IMG/VR virus record: IMGVR_UViG_3300027715_000011
Span: 1 to 64,000 of that record
Length of the DNA stretch: 64,000 bases
Strand: one strand, 5' to 3'
From: a virus
Taxonomy: Duplodnaviria; Caudoviricetes
The translations under genes were made by a program, and so were the position numbers. Below, one piece after another: positions 58,738-64,000 of the stretch. Under the pieces are notes generated by a model. The model had not been told where the DNA came from. It saw only the letters and a program-made list of their open reading frames with translations, and searched no databases. Position 1 is the stretch's first letter; every line of letters starts with the position of its first letter.

Positions 58738-59412
58738 CGTCATATAACCCATACTTCCCCTCCCGATACTCTTTTACCTCACCGTTGAACTTCACAGGTG
58801 TTCCAGCATCACACGTCTTTATCTTGCTAAACCATCTGTACGGCACAATCACCCATATATGGTTTGCAATGAGTTTATCAACACCATCACGTTTCACACT
58901 GTGAATACAGATACAGTTGTCAGCAAACATGTTGATCACGCTGCAGCTCAGTATACCGGTAAGGGTGAGCCTTTTTCCGACATAATGTCTCAGATCTTCA
59001 CGGAGATCAAGAGTCTCTTTATACTCGGTATACTTGTTGAACATCTGCCGTTCATACTGGTTCATTTCATCCCCAAGCTCAGATGTGAAGAGTAACACCA
59101 CTTTATAAACTGGTCAGCATTACAATCAGGTTGAAGAAACGAGCATACTACATGCACCTCTCCTGCAAATGCATCCCTGTTCCGCTCTTTATGAATCTTG
59201 ATAGAATTATGATCATCTATCTCAAGGTACTCATCAACGGTCATGGCAGTTGTGGTTGATGATGTGGTACTGCTTAACTCTAATCCGTATACCTCATTTA
59301 TCTTTGCAATAAACTCTTTGAACCTGGTACGGCAGTGAGTGGTATACGTAACATCAATACAGATACAGTCCGAACCATCAACATAGTTTGGACTGATACG
59401 GATATCTAACAT
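58694..59412 (-). other. Two minus-strand hypothetical ORFs (58694-59101, 59062-59412)
   Basis: ORF track; the first has an OB-like NHIW...F.GEVKEY pattern. Confidence 0.5.
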
Positions 59413-59465
59413 ATCCTATATGTTGGGAGAGACAACATAAATATTATTGTGACAGAGATCTGATC

Positions 59466-62400
59466 ATGATACGTGTCAAGATTACTGATGCGGATGCGAT
59501 AAAATCTCTAAAATATGAGAATGTGAAACGGTATCTTATCGATCATGGATGGAAAATTGAGGTGATGCAGGAGTATGGATGCAGATGGTCTAATCCTGAT
59601 TATGATGATATTCTGCTTGTAGCACTTGATATCGCAGGTGATTATGGCAGACGGTTAAACCATGCGATAGAACTCATTAGTGAACTTGAGAAGAGATCAG
59701 AACTTGATATATTCACAGAGATGGGTGGAGATCTTGGAATCACCGTATAAAGCATACCGGGTATATATCTGGGAACCTGAATACTCGACGATCATCTATG
59801 CCAAATCGGCATCTCAGGCGAAATCGAAATATTATAATGATGGTGAGTTTGGACTCGACTTCTTTGATGCAGTAAGACAGATGGTGGTAAGGAGAGAAAA
59901 GGATAGAGATATTAACCAACCGCTAGAGTATATAAACCGGAGATATGGTACTTCGTTCATAATAGGGCAGCATATAATTGCAGATAACGCACGAGGGTGG
60001 ATCATCGGAGAGAAGAACGGGTACGTAAAGGTAGGTCATGGAAATGGACGAGAATGGGTATATCATCCATCTGATGTGAAAGCAATATGATCTACAAGAA
60101 CTTCCTGTATATGGGTAGAGTCGATAGATCCCCGTGTGAAGTGATAAACGGGTTAATGAGTTATTATCCAAAACGGGATAAGATCCATTACGCATTACAA
60201 CCTGATATCCATTATGCGGAGAGTATATCAGCATATAACTTCTGGCATGGCGTAGAGTTATTATTGCAACCAACCGGATACCGGCTACGCATGGAGGAGT
60301 GTCGTGGCCCTATGGGAGAATGGTCATTCCATGCCAGGGTAGAAGATAACTCAGGGTATATACCGATCCTGAATCTGGATGAGAATAATTATAATTATCG
60401 GTCAGAGTATTACACGATGGATGGGAATATCTTCCAGGTGATCATCAATGCAGTGCAGGAATTTGTCGATGAATGGAAGAAGGAGAAGAAAAGTCTTATT
60501 ATGCATAATATACTAACAACTATATAATGGCTAAATTGTATGAAACTATACCAAACGGGGATATCATCTACCATATGGTATGCTGCAAAAATGCATTTAG
60601 GTGTAAAAAGACTGCATGTAGACTGTCATGCACTTCATTTGTGCATGTTGATGAGATTACGGACGATGTATGAGATTACTTTTATTAATTCTACTTATTG
60701 TTGTGCTAACCTGTGGATGCACATCAAGTTTTCCATGTGATGGCGTATGCGTAAACAAATATATGGTTGATCCCGGGTATCATTCTGCGTATCCTATGTA
60801 TTATGTGGTATACCAGGATGAGAATGGATATAACAATACCAGACAGGTAAGTCCCGATGCCTATGCCAATGCGTGTATTGGAAAGCAGTATGTATGGAGC
60901 CCTATATGAGAGAATGTCCGTTCTGTCATTGTACTGATCTGCATCTTATCATGATAGATATCAGGCAGAAAGAGGGACAGTTGGTGGCGATGGGATGTGA
61001 TGAGTGTGGGACACAGGGGCCTACTGCATATTGTCAGTCAACTGATGAAGCGGCTATGGAACGTGTTGCACAGCATGAATGGGATTATAACCCTAATGTT
61101 AGGTGTATCCATGAAGTATGTCTCAATAAAGAGACCGGGATCTACTACTGTAATGAGATCAGCGATCCTGACCTGAGCAGGTTCAGATACTGTATACTTG
61201 AGATGGTAGATCAACCCAAGTGCCGATGCTATGAGCCGGTTTGATGAAGCACTGTGTGTAGCCAGGTATGGTATATCAAATATACCCGATACCATTAATT
61301 ATGATGTAAACATACCAGTTGATCCAGTACAGGATCTAGAAAAAGCAGTACGGTATATTACAAATCAGATGAGTGTGATAGGACCGGAGATTCTCATCAC
61401 TGTTCATGATGATTGTATTGGAGTATGGGATATATCAGTATTAAAGAGGCGCACATGGGAGACTTTGTTCACGGTAAGTATGTAGGAGAGAAAGAGCAGA
61501 AAGAGCATATCGTAGAACTTACTACGGTTGATGGTGAGAAGGTCAGGGTAAACATTACCGGTATTGCCGAGATATTACAGGATTATAATGATGAACTGTA
61601 TGATCTCCATATTACCATGTTAAAGGTTTTGCAACGGACGGATATCTTGATCGCAATGGTGGGGCAGCATATCAATCATGATTATACATAGTCCGTCAAC
61701 GTGTATGTGGTGCAGATTCTCAGAGAATATCAATAAAAATAAAGGGTTACCGCTGTACTTGTGCAACAGATCAAACACGGTATGCATGGAACCCGTTATA
61801 GAATGCGATGCATTCAGGGATTACAGGGAGTGTAAGTATAGAGACGCGGTATGCCTGAAGTATGGGCATGTATGTAATATTGCCGGGAACCATGTTACAT
61901 GCCAGAGATATTGTGTATCATTCGAGATGATAGGGAAGGTGAAGTATGAGGACGATGTATCAGCTTGACAAAAACGGAGAAGTGTACAAATCCAGGAAAC
62001 AGGCGTTTATTAAAGCGTTTAGTTTATCAAGTAAACTGTATGAGAAGAGAACTATATCAGGGCCGTTATCAATCCTGCAGTTGCTTACTGATTTCAAGAG
62101 AGGGAATATTGCAGTAACTGAACGGAATAAGAAGCATAGTGACCGGTATATTGTGAATTACTATATGGTTACCGATGACAAGACAAAGAACCCATATATT
62201 GTATACTCAAATCCACTCTCTAAAGTAGTTGAGTTTATGACAACCAATGGGAGTATTATCATTAAGGATATCATCATGGTGAAGATGTACTCGCTTACTG
62301 ATATTGCCAGGTATGTATCAAGTATTGCAACGTATGATATTAATAAATGTAAATCATGCATCAAATCTGTGACATATCGCACACTTTTATTCACGAAGGT

Positions 62401-62500
62401 TGATGAAGGGATACCTGAAACAATCCTGGTGTGTTTCAAATATGGTAGTATTGTTACACCGATTAACGTCTCATCATTGCGGCTGAATTGCAACCAATAA
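59466..62500 (+). other. Run of small hypothetical ORFs, including a second Lar-like Zn finger (60906-61244) and a small membrane-anchored Cys protein (60670-60909)
   Basis: Coupled ORFs; MRECPFC...CDECGTQGP is the Lar-like pattern. Confidence 0.55.
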
Positions 62501-62531
62501 CTATTTTACCATACAATACCAAATAATTTAT

Positions 62532-63572
62532 ATGAAATGTTTATATCATCATGATCCTGATGGCAAGTGTGCTGCAACACATGTTAAACAGAACACGCCA
62601 GACTGCACACCAGATGACTTCTTTGAGTGTAATTATGATAAACCGCTCCCTGATATGTCCAGGTGGTTTGGTGAATTCATCTATATCGTAGACTTCAGCA
62701 TCCCGGTAGAACTCATGAAAGAACTCCATGAGAGAAATAATATCGTTATCTGGATAGATCACCATGAGACTGCAATAGAGAAATATAAAGATTATCCTGA
62801 AGCTATTGAAGGGGTGAGAATTGTAGGTATTGCAGGCTGTATGCTCACATGGCTGTATTTTAATAGATACGATGTCATTACAGCAGCAGAATTAAATAAA
62901 GATATGGTTATTGACTGTATATATGAACAGGCTCCTTTGTACACCAGGTATATCCATCTATGGGATACGTGGCAGTGGAAGGATAATGACCGATCAGATA
63001 ATATTAAATTATTTGTAATAGCACTTGAGGCAGAAGAGAATGATCCATTTGCAGGAATATGGTATGATTTATTTGATTTCCCTGATGCGTTTATTTATGA
63101 GATGGTAGAACATGGTGCAAATATGCTTAAGTTCAGGGATGCATATAGCAAGAATGTATGTGATGAAATAGGTGAGGTTATAGAGTTTGAGGGATATCGG
63201 TGTTATGTCTGTAACATCCCGAAGAGCAACTCAGAATGGTTCAACTCTATATCGAAAGATACATACGATATAATAATTCCGTATTACTATAATAATAAGA
63301 CTAAATTATGGGTAGCAAGCCTATATACGCTTAAAGACATCGACGTATCGAAGATTGCAGTGAAATACGGAGGCGGAGGACATCACTCTGCTGCTGGGTT
63401 CCAAGTAAAGGAATTACCATTTGTTATTAATGAAACAGAGGCTAAATTAAAGGCATTACTGTATGCATTGTATGAGTTAGGTATCACTGAATGGTCAGGG
63501 TATAAGGATGCTATTGGATATTACAAATCAAGTGATTTCCCAGATCATGCAATACCGGGGTACATAGAATGA
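62532..63572 (+). CDS. DHH/DHHA1 phosphoesterase
   Basis: YHHDPDG..AA, IVDFS, WIDHH, GGGGH..AAGF. Confidence 0.9.
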   Translation: MKCLYHHDPDGKCAATHVKQNTPDCTPDDFFECNYDKPLPDMSRWFGEFIYIVDFSIPVELMKELHERNNIVIWIDHHETAIEKYKDYPEAIEGVRIVGIAGCMLTWLYFNRYDVITAAELNKDMVIDCIYEQAPLYTRYIHLWDTWQWKDNDRSDNIKLFVIALEAEENDPFAGIWYDLFDFPDAFIYEMVEHGANMLKFRDAYSKNVCDEIGEVIEFEGYRCYVCNIPKSNSEWFNSISKDTYDIIIPYYYNNKTKLWVASLYTLKDIDVSKIAVKYGGGGHHSAAGFQVKELPFVINETEAKLKALLYALYELGITEWSGYKDAIGYYKSSDFPDHAIPGYIE

Positions 63573-63895
63573 TGTCAGAGTGGATGATCAATCTTTCAAA
63601 TGCAGCCAATATAAAATCAGATGAGGATGCAAATAAATTTATTGAAATTATTACAACTCTAAATGATAATTTTGATGTATTATCATGTGCAGAGTTTAAA
63701 GACATGGTTAAGCTAACTCAATCGGAATATATTCCAGTTGAAGCATTAAATAAGATTATATATGATTTTGAAGTTTTATATAATGAAATAAAAAGTATGC
63801 CATTTCAGAATGATATGGATGCCAGGATGTTATGTCAACTACAACGATTTATAGATCATTTAAAGAAAGGGAGGAATTTACTGTATGAACTATGA
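63569..63895 (+). CDS. Hypothetical protein
   Basis: 108-aa ORF with ATGA-type overlap. Confidence 0.55.
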   Translation: MMSEWMINLSNAANIKSDEDANKFIEIITTLNDNFDVLSCAEFKDMVKLTQSEYIPVEALNKIIYDFEVLYNEIKSMPFQNDMDARMLCQLQRFIDHLKKGRNLLYEL

Positions 63896-64000
63896 CGTGA
63901 TCGAGTATAACGACCATCTGGGTCATGATGCCTATGTTCTCTATAGTATCAACATCAGGGATCTTGATGAGAAAGAGAAAGATGAACTTTTGGCTATAAT

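Noticed and set aside
1-64000. CRISPR array or cas genes
   Set aside because: No regularly spaced 25-40-bp direct repeats and no cas motifs seen; the only Cas12-related genes are the two TnpBs.
1-64000. Genome-wide stop-codon reassignment or pyrrolysine use
   Set aside because: Long genes are intact under the standard code; only one in-frame stop (TAA) was found and no suppressor anticodon.

Overview
This is a 64-kb segment of a large archaeal tailed-virus genome, most likely infecting a methanogen (Methanomicrobiales is my best inference). No capsid, portal or terminase genes fall inside the window. The left edge cuts a repetitive tail-fibre-like gene. The window then carries DNA metabolism genes: a split class III ribonucleotide reductase with NrdH and NrdG, PolB, a Hef-like helicase, DNA ligase, guanylate kinase, methanogen-type thymidylate synthase and two methyltransferases. 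It also has an unusually complete RNA-repair set (two ATP-dependent RNA ligases, RtcB, Thg1, a bacterial-type CCA/HD nucleotidyltransferase and several phosphatases), a minus-strand cluster of seven intron-less tRNA genes (two atypical), and two tnpB-only IS200/IS605 elements. Three things stand out. (1) A ~900-nt ORF-free region (about 19960-20865) folds almost continuously into hairpins and contains a tRNA mimic with no normal anticodon loop; it is a candidate large non-coding RNA, and smaller structured-RNA candidates lie at 5030-5290 and 28750-28945. (2) Five otherwise unrelated proteins share a short motif (DL..K.Y....P.G..V..GP.GG..Y) and carry conflict-type cargo such as a RelA/SpoT-like synthetase and degenerate ADP-ribosyltransferase repeats, next to HExxH zincin/partner cassettes; this looks like a tagged set of virion-delivered effectors. 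(3) An orphan IS605 right end sits exactly 17 nt upstream of tRNA-Tyr. All family assignments come from motif recognition by eye; no searches or folding programs were run.
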